Origin: the human T2T-CHM13v2.0 reference genome, Homo sapiens
NCBI RefSeq assembly: GCF_009914755.1
Contig: NC_060941.1
Strand: one strand, 5' to 3'
Length of the DNA: 64,000 nt
Position numbers and translations under genes: made by a program. This document shows, in pieces, positions 11,490-26,754 of the stretch. Under the pieces are notes generated by a model. It searched no databases. It was not told the origin of the DNA and saw nothing but the letters and a program-made list of their open reading frames with translations. Position 1 is the first letter of the stretch. Each line of letters begins with the position of its first letter.

Positions 11490-14178
11490 TCACGGGGAGC
11501 GACCTGCAGGGGGACGGCCGCACCCCCTGCCCCTCCCCGGCCCGGCGGGCGCCTCCCCGCAGGCCTCACGCCCCCGGCTCCGAGTCTGCATCCTCAAGGC
11601 CGTCTGGGCGTTGGCTTTGGTGCGGGGCTCCCCAGCCGCCCCGCTCGCGCTCGCTGCCCCCACCCCACGGCTCCTGGGGCCCTGGGCCCTCCGCGGCCCT
11701 CCCCGGCCGCCTTCGCCCCCGCGCGCCGCGGCCTCTTCGCTCACCCTCCCCCATTTCCTGAAGGACAACGGCTCTATTTTACTGGGGTCCGCCATCGTCT
11801 CGTCCGCCGGTCCTGGCTCTTCTTGTAAGCCGGTAGTTTTCCTCTCCACTTTTGACGACTCGTCATTGCTAGCAGTAGCCTTTCCTCTTCATAGCGGAGT
11901 GATCTTTCCCCCAACACGACGGTCTTAGTCGGGCTCCTGAATTTCCTCTTGTCCCCTTTCACCTCTCTCCCTTTCCCAATTTTGCCCCCCTGAGGCCTCC
12001 TCGCCACCACTGTGGCCTTCCGACTGGCGTAGCTTGAAGTCTCGGCTTCCCTTCATTTTGTGGTCATGACCGTGGCCTACGTGAAGTGAAGGGCATTTTC
12101 CTGCCCTTCTTCTAGAAAATACACGGTACCTATTAACCTCTTCAGCTCAGAGCCTGTGGTGACGACCGTCCTACTCCTTGAGAGATTCCCAAGAGATCCG
12201 TCTTTTTAGCAGAGCGAGGAAAGCAAACACTTACTCAAGATGACCCTAGGGGAGCCGTAACTTGGCTGGTCTAAGGGGGTGCGGTCTGAATCAGGAACAG
12301 TTTCTCAAAGTGTTTTTATTTATTTCCCAGAATGTAATCCTTTCGAAACAATTTTGTCACAACTGAATTTTCAAAAGAATGAATCTGAGTGTTTTGTTTT
12401 ACATAGAGACAATGCAGCGAAAGTTTTAAAGCAGTTAAATAATTGTGTGTGGGGAGGGAAGGCTAGGTTGTTGGGCTTTACAAATAAGTACACATAGAGA
12501 ATCCGGGTAACTCGATTAAAAATATTAAGACTGTGAAGTCTGGTTATTCAGGGATTTACATGGTGACTGCATTAATTTTGGTACATTTCTGTTCGTATAC
12601 TGTCCTATTACCGGTGGCTATCTTTTTGGTTTTCGTAATACATTAGTTGTTTCAAACAAAAACACAGTTTCACTCCTTAGGCCCAGTTCTCTCATCTCTA
12701 CCAGCCAAAGACCTGATCTTAGAATGATTGATCATTTGAATGTTCTTAAAATATGACAATGCTTTGAAGCATGAAAGATCTGATTTATGATTGTTCTTGG
12801 TGGCCTTTAAGTATTATTTGAAATGCAGACAATTCTACTGAAGTGGATCTTCAGTTCATATGATTGCCTGACCTGGAGAAGTGGCTTGTATAAATCTATC
12901 CTAAAGTAAATGCGCGTTTTTGTTTTTGTTTTGCCTGTTTAAAGTAGCAGCATGATTATTTTTCCATGGCTTCTAATTTATGTGCTTGTCTTGGAGCCAC
13001 GAACTTTCTAATGGTCTGTTAATTAGTCTACTTGTTGTTGACCTTTATGGTGAAAGTTGTCAAAACAAAATGAGTAACAGTGTAGCACTTTAGAATAGCT
13101 CTTTACTCTGTTAATTCTTTCTATAAGTTCTTTTAAATTTACAGTTTCATCTCAATAGTTTACAATGCATTATAATTGGAAAAGTCTGATTAGTATTGAA
13201 TTCAGTTGCTGAGTGGAGGGGACCACACTCTTGTCTTCTACTCTTAAGTGCTTAGTAATTAGGAGTTGGAAGGAAAACAGTATATGACCCTGTTGTTAAA
13301 TTAGTAAACTTTTAATTCTAGGGTAAGGTTAGCTGCTCATCATTATCTCTGTTTGCTTTACTTTACATAAAGGTACCATAATTCGAATCCTCTAAAATCC
13401 ATTAAATGCAATTTATCCATTAAATGTAATCCATTAAATGCAATTTATCTATTGAATCTTCATGCAAGTTTGAAACTTAAGTGTTTTAACATTCTCCTGT
13501 CAAGATGAAGAAAATATTTTGACAATTTTCTGTCCAAATGTTTTACAGTTTATGTGGTAAGAATTCTCCCCTCCCCCAACTAAGGATTTTCCTTCTTTTA
13601 CCACTAGTGTATTATCATTTAGGGGTGGAATCTGGCAAACGAGTCTGGAATAAAGGTTGCTTTTAAAACTCATCTAATTTTCTTGTGTGTTTTTAAAAAT
13701 TTTGATTATGCTAGTAGTTGGCTAATCAGATCCTCACTCCAGTGGTTTGCTCTGTGACGTTAGGATACTCCCATGGGATAGAAGTTACGTATAGGGAATG
13801 TCAGATATTCTTCATTGTGCTGACTTGCTTTCGCTTACAGTTGACTTTTGTGCCCTGGTAATTCTGTATCCTGTTTACCGTTTACCTACTTCCCACGTCA
13901 TCATGATTTCTTTTGAGGGAGAACTGAATGAAATTCCCTTAAGGGCCTGACTTCAGCACCCGTCTCTGCAGAGGTTAGTGGCTCATACTTCCTCCCAGGA
14001 GCTGAGGTTATCGACTCTCACTGTTGCCTACAGAGCACAGATCCTGAACTAAATGAAACATTTACTTGGAATAATGCTAATTCTGTACATATTTTATTCC
14101 CTAGTCCCCACTTCCCTGTTTAAAAACAAAATCTACTTAGAAAAAAATCCCTGTGAATCAGTTGTCTAATGAATTTAG

Positions 14179-14451
<273 letters not shown>

Positions 14452-15319
14452 TGATGAGGTGATTGTGACAGTTGTTACATTTAATAACTGGAATGTTACT
14501 AATTTGTATTTTTTGGAAGAAAAGGAATCTGACTAAATAAAAAGTCTAAAACAATTTCAAATAAGAAATACAGTTAAGGCATTTGTAGTAATTTAAAAAT
14601 TCTTAATTAGTAGAATTTATCAGAAAAATGAACCTGTATGCTAACTGTACTTGGCTAATAAAGGGTTTCCAAACAATTCTTTGTAACTTTTTAAATTAGT
14701 GCGTAGAACTATAACAGATAAAACTGATCAGAACTAGTATAGCAGTTCTATGAATAAGAAATTCTATAGTTCTTAAAGGCAGTTAATGCTCCTCCCGTTT
14801 TGAACAAAGCAAGTAAGCGTAGTAAATCTTATCCCACTTTTAAAACTAGTGTAATGAAACATGAATCTAGCTTGTGACTGATATATCAGAAATTTTCAAT
14901 TAGATTCGGTCTATTTTAGTATAGAGTATATCTGATAAATTACTGTAGAGATATTGATATTGATGTTCCTCAAAAATTTTACTCCATTTTATTGGTCAGG
15001 ACTTGTTGCGCCTTGAAAAAAATTAATCCAATTTTTATTCTTTTTTGCTCTTCCTCCTTGCTTGTATGTCATTGTGACCTACGTATATGGCATATGTTTT
15101 TCTAAGCAAAGTGATAATTTTACATCAGGGATAATTGAAGCAAATGAATGCTTCAATTCATCTCCCTCAAGAAACGATGAATGAAAAAGTCTGGGTTACC
15201 AAATATTTTGAATAGTTTATGTGATTCGCTTCTGTAAATCAGTGAGAGAAACTTACTGATTTTCTTGTGCATGTGGAAGTTATGAGGTGGTTCATAATGA
15301 TTATGAATTAATTGAAATG

Positions 15320-15385
15320 AATCATATACCAAAAGAAATGATTCATATACCAAAAGAAATGAATCATTTCTTTTGGTATATGATT
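15320..15385. repeat. Direct plus inverted repeat (27-bp perfect stem)
   Basis: 15320-15346 is the exact reverse complement of 15359-15385. Confidence 0.95.
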
Positions 15386-16187
15386 ATCTAATTGTATAAT
15401 AGAAATAATTTGCTTTATTTTCCATTGGTTTTTATAGTTTCTTATAATCAGTATAGTTTATTAGTAAAAGAATCTGTACTAAGCTTTAAAAAGTATTTGG
15501 GTAGCTCATTGATCAGGTATTTTCTATTTTCTTTAAAAACTGATTGTTAAAATTTGTATTTAGTACCATGATCAGAATAATTAAAAAAAAAACAAAAACA
15601 ACTAGTCACTGTGAATGTTGCTTTGCTGTCTTGGAATTATAGTAGATATTCTGGCTTTCTCTTATTTATGCAATTTCCAAATCATGGAAGTATTGTAGAG
15701 CCAGGTCATAGATGTAGCTTGTTTTGAAGTCAAGTGCATTCCTGGAGATCCGGTTTTGAAATGGGTCACTGTAAGGTGATCCCTCTTCTTTGGACATCAA
15801 TAGAAACCATCAAATGAGAGGATTAAGTTGGTGAGACATTAAGTGTGTATCTTTTTATAGGGAGTGTTGAATGTGTGATGCTAGTTTCAAAGCTTGTAGT
15901 TGCCACAGTACTGTTTAAAGACTAACAAAGGTGGAAAGCAATAAATAATTATTAAAATGGTTTCTTTGCAGATGGAATTTTTAGATTTAATGTGTTTCAG
16001 CTTCTTTAACTTTTAATAATTAAAGTCACAGTTCAACATGGTTTTTGCTGTAATTCAAGGGTCTTTGTTCACATGTATACATTCCTTCCAGGGTTGAATA
16101 TAGATACCTGGACCTTTAAGTAATTAGATTTTCAACTTGTTAGTGGGTCATAGTTCTGTGTATTAGGTGTTAATTTGTATGTTAGTC

Positions 16188-18440
16188 TATTAGTCCGTTG
16201 TCATGCTGCTAATAAAGACATACCGAGGCTGGGTAATTCATAAAGGAAAGAGGTTTAATTGACTCACAATTCAGCATGGCTGGGGAGGCCTCAGGAAACT
16301 TACAATCATGGCAGAAGGAGAAGCAAACCCATCCTCTTCACATGGCAGCAGCAAGGAGAAGTACAGAGCAAAATGGGAAAAGTCCCTTATGAAACCGTCA
16401 GCTATCGTGAGGACTCACTCACTATCATGATAACAGCATGAGGGTAACCCCCCTGCCATGATTAAGTTACCTCCCACCAGGTCCCTCTCAGGGCACATAG
16501 GGATTATGGGAACTGCAATTCAAGATGAGATTTGGGTGTGGACACAGCCAAACCATATCATTCCACCTCTGGCCCCTCCCAGATCTCATGTTTTCACATT
16601 TTGAAACACAGTCATGCCTTTCCAACAGTCCCTCAGAGTCTTAACTCATTCCAGCATTAACTCAAAAGTTCAAGTCCAAAGTCTCATCTGAGGCAAGGCA
16701 AGTCCCTTCCACCTATGAGCCTGTAAAATCAGAAGCAAGTTAGTTACTTCCTGGGGTCATTGGGTAGATAACACCCATTCCAAATGGGAGAACTTGGTCA
16801 AAACAAGGGGAGTATAGACCCCGTGCAAATCCGAAATCCAACGAGGCAGTAATTAAATCTTAAAGTTGCAAAAGGATCTCCTTTGACTCCATGTCTCACA
16901 TTCAGGGCACACTGATGCAAGAGGTGGGCTCCCGTGGCCTTGGGCAGCTCCGCCCCTGTGGCTTTGCAGGGTACAGCCCCCCTCCTGGCTGCTTCCATGG
17001 GCAGGCATTGAGAGTCTGTTGCTTTTCCAGGTGCATGGTGCAATCTGTTGGTGGATCTACCATTCTGGAGTCTGGAGGATAGTGGCCCTCTTCTCGTAGT
17101 TCCATTAGGCAGTGCTGCAGTGGGGACTCGGTGTGGGGGCTCCAAACGACCCCACATTTCCCTTCCGCACTGCCCTAGCAGAGGTTCTCCAGGAGGGCCA
17201 CGCCCCTGCAGCAAACTTCTGTCTGGGCATCCAGGCATTTCTGTACATCTTCTGAAATCTAGGGGGAGGTTCCCAAACCTCAGTTCTTGACTTCTGTGCA
17301 CCCACAGGCCCAGCACCACTTGTAAGCCACCAGGGCTTGGGGCTTGCACTCTCTGAAGTAATGGCCAGAGCTGTACCTTTTAGCCAAGACTGGAGCTGAA
17401 GCAGCTGGAACGCAGGGTACCATGTCCTGAGGCTGCATAGTACAGGAGCCCCAGGGCATGGCCTAGGAAACCATTTTCCCCTCCTAGGCCTCTGGGCCTA
17501 TGATGGGAGGGGCTGTCCTGAAGGTCTGTGACATGCCCTGGAGACATTTTCCCCATTGTCTTGGTGATTAACATTTGGCTCCTTGTTACTTATGTGAATT
17601 TCTGCGGCAGGCTTGAATTTCTCCCCAGAAAATGGGATTTTCTTTTCTATTGCTTTGTCAGGCTGCAAATTTTTCAAGCTCTGCTTCCTCTTGAATGCTT
17701 TCCTGCTTAGAAATTTCTTCCACCGGATACCCTAAATCATTTCTCTCAAGTTCAAAGTTCCACAGATTTCTAGGGCAGGGCCAAAATACTGCCAGTCTCT
17801 TTGCATAGCGAGAGTCACCTTTACTCCAGTTCTCAAGTTCCTCATCTCCATCTGAGACCACCTTAGCCTGGACTTCATTGTCCATATTACTATCAGCATT
17901 TTGGTCAAAGCCGTACAAGAAATCTCTAGGAAGTTCCAAACTTTCCCACATTTTCCTGTCTTCTTCTGAGCCCTCCAGACTGTTCCACCCTCTTCCTGTT
18001 ACCCAGTTCCAAAGTTGCTTCTGCATTTTTGGGTATCCTTGTAACAGCACCCCACGCTCTGTGTACCATTTTACTGTATTAGTCTGTTCTCATGCTGCTA
18101 ATAAAAGACATACCCAAGACTGGGTAATTTATAAAGGAAAGTGGTTTGACTCACAGTTCCTCATGGCTGGGCAGGCCTCGGGAAGCTACAATCATGGCAG
18201 AAGGGGAAGCAAACACATTCTTCTTCACATGGCAGCAGCAAGGAGAAGGGTCAAGCAAAAGGGGGAAAAGCCCCTCAAAACTGTCAGATGTCATGAGAGC
18301 TCACTATCACCAGAACAGCATGGAGGTAACCACCCCTGTGATTAAATTACCTCCCACCAGGTCCCTCCCACAATATGTGGGGATTATGGGAACTATAATT
18401 CAAGATGAGATTTGGGTGGGGACACAGCCAAACCATATCA
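16188..18440 (-). mobile_element. Full-length THE1 (THE1C-like) MaLR retrotransposon: LTR 16188-16560, internal 16561-18074, LTR 18075-18440
   Basis: Two ~370-bp direct repeats ending gacacagccaaaccatatca around ~1.5 kb of THE1-int sequence; antisense to PRKAR1A. Confidence 0.92.
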
Positions 18441-18807
18441 GTCTGAAAATACAGTCATATTCTCATCACCTTCTTCGTCATTACTGGGGGGTTGTGTTTC
18501 TGTTACCTTCAACTACTCCATAAGAAATGTACCAAAAACTCTTGACAGTTGGTCTTTTGAAAGCTTCTGCATTTTAATTCAGTCATCTGGAATTTGAGTC
18601 TTCTTTTACTCTTGTATTTATTAGACCCTTAGGTAAGAGGAATTAAAATAACAGTGACCTTGTGTCTGCTGTGTCAGGTACTGTGTGAAGCACTTTATAT
18701 ACATAAATACTCGTTATTTCAAATGTACGAGGTATGTGATTTTCAGCATTTTATAGACATAGCAGTAAAACTGAGAGAAATTAAGTAATGTGGCTGTGGT
18801 TATAGAC

Positions 18808-19170
18808 TGTAGTCGTCAGCTTTTGCTGGAGCAACATACAACCCCCAAATTTCAGTGGTTACTACAACAGACCAGTCATGTGCAGTTCTTCTGGTATCAG
18901 CCTGTCTTATGTTCTTGACACCACATATCTTGTTCTGGGGCTGAGCAGAAGGAGCAGCCCTATATAGGGCATGCTGTTCTCAAAGCAGAGGGAGGGCAGA
19001 AGCTCAAGGTGGACAGAGCCAAACCACACAGGCAACCATGGTATGGCATGTCCACTTACATTCCATGGCCAGAGCAAGTCCTGTAGCCAAGCCTTAAGTC
19101 AGTGGGGTGGGAAGTATACTTTACCCACAGGGAAGAGTGACAGAAGCAGGGAGGGAACAAATAATCGGGA
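18808..19170 (-). mobile_element. Old MLT1-family LTR fragment
   Basis: caacccccaaatttcagtgg...tccacttacattccatggccagagcaagtc MaLR-like motifs. Confidence 0.5.
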
Positions 19171-19785
19171 AAACATAGTAGTGGGGACAGAATTTGAACC
19201 TAAGAGTCAAGAAGATAGTGCAGAATTTAATGCAAAACCGAATGCAGAATTTGAACCTCAGAGTCAAGAACATAATTAACCACTGAGTAGACTGGGAGGT
19301 TTTTTCTAATTTTTAATTTTTTATTGATATATAACATTTGTATGTTTTTATGGAGTACATGTGATATTTTACAGGCATAGAATGTGTAATGATCACGTCA
19401 AGGTATTTAGGTTATTCATCACCTCACTTAAAGAGCTGAGGAGGAAGGAGACTGACAGAAGGATGACAACAGCAAGAGAAAGGATATAAAAATATATCAT
19501 AGTATATACTAGAAAACTCATGATCTGAGTAATGGCTCTGAGTTGTCAGATTAGGTTATATTCAGATTGCTGTTTTTAAAAGACTCACTAGAATCCATGA
19601 GACACTGCTAAAATCAGAATGCTTTTGTTACTTCAAAATTAATCTTAAAAATTCAGTGAAGTAGAATGTAGTCCCAAGTGAAATGTTATTTGTGAAATTT
19701 TTCCTGAAATTTTTGTGAAATGTCAGTGACAAATTTGGGGGTGGGAGAATTTGTGTTTTCATTTATACTCTTAAACTGTGTGTGT

Positions 19786-20383
<598 letters not shown>

Positions 20384-21552
20384 CATGTATTCTTAAACTT
20401 TAAACTTGGGAGAGACTTGAGTTTTATACCTGTGTTAATATGAAATGAGAAAACCTTACTGGTTATTGGAACAACCAGAATTAACATGAAATGAGTTTTC
20501 TAAAAACCATATTTTAAAAAGTAGGTTACATATTCACATATTTCAAAGTTGTGCAGGTACAAAGGGGCATAATAATGAAAGGTCTCCCTCCCACGCCATT
20601 GCTTTTCTTGAATGCTGCCAATGTTCTGGAGATTAATATATGGGCACTTACAAATTTATATATAGAAAAGAAATAACGGGTCAAATGAATGAGAAAGTAG
20701 AAGATAACACATTTTTATTTTTTCCCTTTTACTTCAGGCACAACAACTAATTCTTTAGATCTGAGAGGAATTTGTTTTTAAGGCTCTAGATGTGAAAAAA
20801 GGAATGTTTAATAGTTTATCTTAGGTTTTATTTGAATTGGTCCAATAAGTAGTTTTTAAAAGCAAGTAAACTCTTTTTGTCTTTTAACTTCAAGTTTAAA
20901 CCTTGATTACAAAGAGTGATCCTAGCTCTGCTGGGAGAAGTATTATAGATACGATCTCGTTTAAATTCGTGGTTACCATCACATCATTTCATTATTTGTT
21001 TTTATCTGGGATCAAACTGGAATGTGAATTCCACAGGCTCAGGACCCTCTCCTATTTGTTTTTAATTTCCTGTTGCCTAGCATAGGTCTTGGCCTGGCAG
21101 ATCCAGAAAATGGCTTATTGAGTTAATGAAATAACTCAGTAATCTAGACATTCTTGGATCACTATGTTGGGCTTGAATTGTTTTTCCTGATAACATTTCT
21201 TTTGGCAGGAGGGTCTCTTGCTATCTGCAGTAGCATCCAAAAAAACCCAATTTTCAGGATTTTGTCTTGCAGTGTGTTACTGTTGTGTGCATCACAGATA
21301 ATTGTTGTCAAGACATTAATGAATATCTGATTTGTTACTCACATGTTATGTGAGTACTAATGGCTTGTACTAATGACTTTTGCCCATTAATAAAGGATAG
21401 CATCTGTTATCATCTGAGGTACATTCTGTTGAGAGTGTTTCAAGTGTTACTCTCTTTTTTTCCCCTTTGGAATTGGTGTTTTCCTCTTAACTTACATTGT
21501 TAATGGAAGAAGAGATTGGAAGTGACTGAGATAGACTATCATTGGAACATGA

Positions 21553-21837
<285 letters not shown>

Positions 21838-22578
21838 TAGTCTCCTTTGATGAATGAATCATAAAATACAAAACAGGGTGGAACTTCATCCATCCTGTAC
21901 AATTCTTGGGTACTGGAAAACAGGTTTCTGTAATAGCATGCTGTCAGAGGAAATAACTAATAGTGATTATGAACTAGTGAATAATTGCATTTTGGGGTTT
22001 GTTATTTCCTTGCAGTTGTTTTGCAGTAGAAGGAGGTGGGCGGTATTGCTTTTTCTCTTGAATCGTGATGTCCTTTTTTTGCTATCCTATTAAATGTTGT
22101 GGCTTTTAACCTTTTATTCTACGAGCCTCATTTGTCCTGTGTTCTCCTCTTCCTCAGAGCCAGGCTATTTTGAGTTATGCTGTTAGCCTTAAAGGGGAAC
22201 AGAATTGTCCTGGCACTTGAGGCTTGTGAAGCTAACAGATCACAGATTTTTAAAATGACTAATTATTATAAAATACTTAGTTTTGCCTCAGAATAATGAC
22301 CTTGGTCCAGGTGTTTTGATTTGTTTCTTTAGTTGTTAACTGGGAACCAAGTACCAGACTTTATATTTAGGCCTGGCTGTAGGCAAGGGGATTAATTAGT
22401 CAATACTTGTTGAGTAGTTTATGGATCAAAGATAGTACAAGTGTGTTGTAGTGAAACACTACAAAGCAGTCTTGTTTAAATACCATAATGTGGCTTGACA
22501 TTTAATTGAAGCGCAGGTTGCAAACGTGAAATGTTTTTGGTTTATGGAATTGTCATTTGACCTTCAGTTCTTTTCTAG

Positions 22579-22671
<93 letters not shown>

Positions 22672-22816
22672 TAGGAACAGGCTCTTTCTTAACACTATTT
22701 TTCAAGTAAGGGTGTGATCCCAAATTGTTTTCAACACTTGTTGCAAGTTTTAGAGCTCTTAGTAATTGTTCACCAGATGACAGTCTGGGGTCTTTAATTC
22801 TAAGCTTAATGTTTGA

Positions 22817-23026
<210 letters not shown>

Positions 23027-23765
23027 TGATCCTACCACTTTTTTTTTTCTGTTATACTATTGGATTTTTCTATTTCTTTTAAATTAAGATTTTCTGAGAT
23101 GGACAGAACACTTTGTATTGGGAACTAATATTTTTGATACAGTTTTGTTTATAATTTAAAGGAAATGCCTACATTGTCTTACCTTGAATGTCATATAGAA
23201 TTGCAGAATCATATATATCTCTCATGTTCTTTATATTGTTAATCACTTTTAAAGTAAGAAATAAATGAAACACCTACATTCTTCATTGTATAGCCCTGTC
23301 TATTAAAAAGGTTCTAGGACTTCTATAGATTCTTACTTTGCCTATATAGACTAACATGGATCTAACTTTTTGACTATCTTCCTCTTTTTATTTTCTTATT
23401 TATTCTTGACATTTTATGAGTGGGTATATATTTTCATTTTGTGGCAGCCTGATAATTTGTTATTAACTATTTGAGTTGTTTCTAATGTCCTTGTTATAAA
23501 TGCCATAGCAGTTAATAACTACACATATGTAGCTTTTAAAAATTTTTTTCAGAGGTATTCTTCACCATGAGATGACTAAAAAAATTTTGATTAATTCTAT
23601 GACTTTTAAAATATGTTGCTTGATTTTCTTTCCCCTGAAAGATTGTGTTAGTTTGTAACACACTCTCACAGTACCACTGTAAAATAAGTTTATTGTTTTG
23701 TAATAATTTTGATAATTTCTTTCTTTAATTTGGAATATGCTTCTAACTTTTTTACCCTCTTTTAG

Positions 23766-23812
23766 GTGATGAAGGGGATAACTTCTATGTGATTGATCAA
23801 GGAGAGACGGAT
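23766..23812 (+). CDS. PRKAR1A: PRKAR1A exon 6
   Basis: GDEGDNFYVIDQGETD; ag/gt; 47 nt. Confidence 0.99.
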
Positions 23813-24028
23813 GTAAGATTTACCAATATCAAAAATATGTTGATCTTAAAAGCCAATGTATTGATCGCTTCCGAGCAATAAGAATAGTGATTTTGAAGGG
23901 TCATTACATCCCTTGTATGTCAGATTTTATTAATACCTTTTGCCAAGTATTTTTATGACACAGAGAAACTCTTTAAAGGTAATTTTCTGTTCAGAACTTT
24001 GCTGGAGTGGTGGTGAAGAAGTGTGTGT

Positions 24029-24165
24029 AGCTGGGTGCAGTGGCCGATGCCTATAATCCCAGCACTTTGGGAGATGGAGGCAAGAGGGTTGCTTGAGCCC
24101 AGGAGTTCAAGACCAGCCTGGGCAACAAAGTGAAACCTCATCTCTTAAAAAAAAAAAAAAAAAAA
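24029..24165 (+). mobile_element. FLAM / Alu left monomer
   Basis: Single monomer with A-tail. Confidence 0.85.
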
Positions 24166-24607
24166 GATTCTAGACCCAGCCATTAGCTAGCAAAATTAAT
24201 ATACCTTTCTTATTCACAAATGAAATGGGGACAATAATAGCATTGATCTTTTAGGATTATTAGAAGATTCAGTGACCTAATGCAAGTAAAATGTTTAGCA
24301 TAGTGCTCAGCACGGTTCTCTAAGTATCTGTGACTGGTATTAGTGCTTAGCTGACCTTTTTCCCTTACATCCTTACAGAGTGCTTTTTTCTTATCAGATA
24401 ATTAAATCAGGTAAATTATAGACACTCTTAACTCATTTAACTCGTCAGAAATCACCTATTCTTCTCTGTTGTGTACTGCAAACATAATATATTCTGTTTT
24501 TTAAAACAAAGTTCAGGATTGTGACCTTTTAAAAAGGTTTGAGGGTTTTTAACATTTAAGTGTTTGTATCTAGAAAATAAACTTTTTTGATGTCACTTGC
24601 ACTTTAG

Positions 24608-24784
<177 letters not shown>

Positions 24785-25457
24785 TGAGAGTGTGATTTAG
24801 AATTCTCATCTACGTAACTAATGTTTGAATATTACCAAATTAAAAAGAGAATATTTCTTTTAATGAGCAAATATTTCTTTCTTTTAATAAGCGAATATTT
24901 TTCTTTTAATGAGCAAATACTTTGCATTAAGCCCAGCTTAGCATTATTCATTATGCCATTTTAGGCAGTGATATTTTAGAACAAAACCTTGGGAAACAAG
25001 ATCTGGTATATATGTGCTGGTCATCTCATGTTTGGAAATCTATCCATTTGCTGGTAGGCACATCTTAATTTACCTAGTTATACCCATTACAGCATGATAG
25101 GTGCTGCTTTTAAGTGCTTAAAGTTATTTGGGGCCATTCAGAAATAATCAGCTTCCCTAACCTGTGAAAGTGGGTTATCAGTAATGTATATGTATGTCAT
25201 GTCCCCTCTCGTTAAAGGAATAAACAAAATACTAAAACCATTGGAACTTTCTGGTGATAGTCAGATTTTTTGAGAACGTTGTGATAAATTTATAGGATAG
25301 CTTTGGATGTTTAAGTCTCAGCCAATGCATTGGTCATTTTTAATGGTTTTCTTAAATTTGTGCAGTGTCCATCTGACCATTTGAAAATGTACAGCCTGAT
25401 GTACTTTGAAATTTTTCTGCATTTGGGATATATAGATAGATTAGATTAGATAGATAG

Positions 25458-25790
25458 TCTTGTCCTTCGCAGCAACATAGATAGAGCTGGAGGCCATTTT
25501 TCTAAGCAAAATAACACAGGAACAGAAAACCAAACCACATGTTCTCACTTACAGTTGGGAGCTAAGCAATGAGAACACGTGGATACTAGAAGGGGAACAA
25601 CAAACACTGGGGCCTACTTGAGGGTGGAGGGTGGGAAGAGGGAGAGGATCAGGAAAAATACCTGTGGTGTACTTTACTTATTACCTGGGCAACAAAATTA
25701 CCTGAACACCAAACCCCTGTGACACCCAGTTTACCTATATAACCTGCACATGTACCCCTGAACCTTAAACCCACACACACAAAAAAACGC
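25458..25790 (+). mobile_element. L1PA 3' end preceded by (TAGA)n
   Basis: catgttctcacttacagttgggagctaag...cctgcacatgtacccctgaac. Confidence 0.85.
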
Positions 25791-26693
25791 TTATGGCAAA
25801 GATAAGTCTAAATTTTAGAAAGATTGGTTTTGAAGTGATGTGACAGTCTACTGGAGAAGAAACTGACCATACAGTTAGTTCTGCATTTCCTCTACAGGAA
25901 TACTATTAGTAAAAGGAAACATAGAATGTTTACAGCTTTATCTCATTGTCAAAGAAGGAAGAGGTAGGACCTGGAACTATTGGTTTGAAATAAAATATTT
26001 TACTTTCTCATAGTGGGCCTGAAAGGAAATTAGGGCCTCACAATGCTTTGGCTTTGTGGACAGGAATTAGGAACTGTAGATATGGGGTGAAATATCTATA
26101 TAGCTGGGTAGGGGAGGATATGGTCCTTTTTTTATAGAATAAAGACATGTCAATTGTATAGGTGAGAAGCCAGAACTAATGGAGGAATCTGCATTTAAAT
26201 ACCAGCGTTGAACAGGAAGAACACTAGGATTATTGGGTTGTAAATGACCTAGATTACTTTTGTGAGAAAATATTTTCAGAGATAAATTGGGTTGGCAGTG
26301 GCACAAAATCAGTTTGAGAGTAAACATGGAAATTGGACATTGGTTTAAAGTGTGTGGAAAAATATCTTGAGTGATAGGCTCAGGTATAAACCGGTATTTC
26401 GACTGTATTTGGAAGTTGGGAAATGCTTTGTGAAATATGTCAACATACTGGTTGCAAATGCTAGGAATTGGGCATAATATTGGCGGAAAATAAAAATCAC
26501 AAGAATGTCATATCATTCATTACCTGTAAAATAAAAATGAATTAGTTAAAATTAAACTTTCCTCATTAAAAGCAACAAGCTTTGACTTTCTGGTTTTAAA
26601 ATTTATTTGAAACTTAATATTTATTATTCCATAGCATTATGTGGTGATAATTACACGTCTTGGGGATATCACTTTTGTTATTTTTATTTTTAG

Positions 26694-26754
26694 GGAAGCA
26701 CACTGAGAAAGCGGAAGATGTATGAGGAATTCCTTAGTAAAGTCTCTATTTTAG
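26694..26754 (+). CDS. PRKAR1A: PRKAR1A exon 8
   Basis: GSTLRKRKMYEEFLSKVSIL; ag/gt; 61 nt. Confidence 0.99.

Larger units (their letters stand above)
10480..12050. promoter_or_regulatory. PRKAR1A: CpG island / PRKAR1A promoter
   Basis: Very high GC and CpG density against an AT-rich background; contains the first-exon donor sites. Confidence 0.95.

Noticed and set aside
10413-12010. Many 100-200 aa ORFs on both strands
   Set aside because: Stop-poor GC-rich CpG island; low-complexity Pro/Gly/Arg/Ala translations, mostly non-ATG starts, no recognisable domain
16259-18523. ORFs up to 183 aa in intron 2
   Set aside because: THE1 LTR/internal sequence; fragmented, no intact retroviral gene
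19188-19275. Spaced repeats cagaatttgaacct.agagtcaagaa as a CRISPR-like array
   Set aside because: Only two full copies plus a partial one, in human intronic DNA; a simple local duplication
24848-24920. ~21-nt AT-rich tandem repeat after exon 7
   Set aside because: Three degenerate copies with no splice or structural consequence evident
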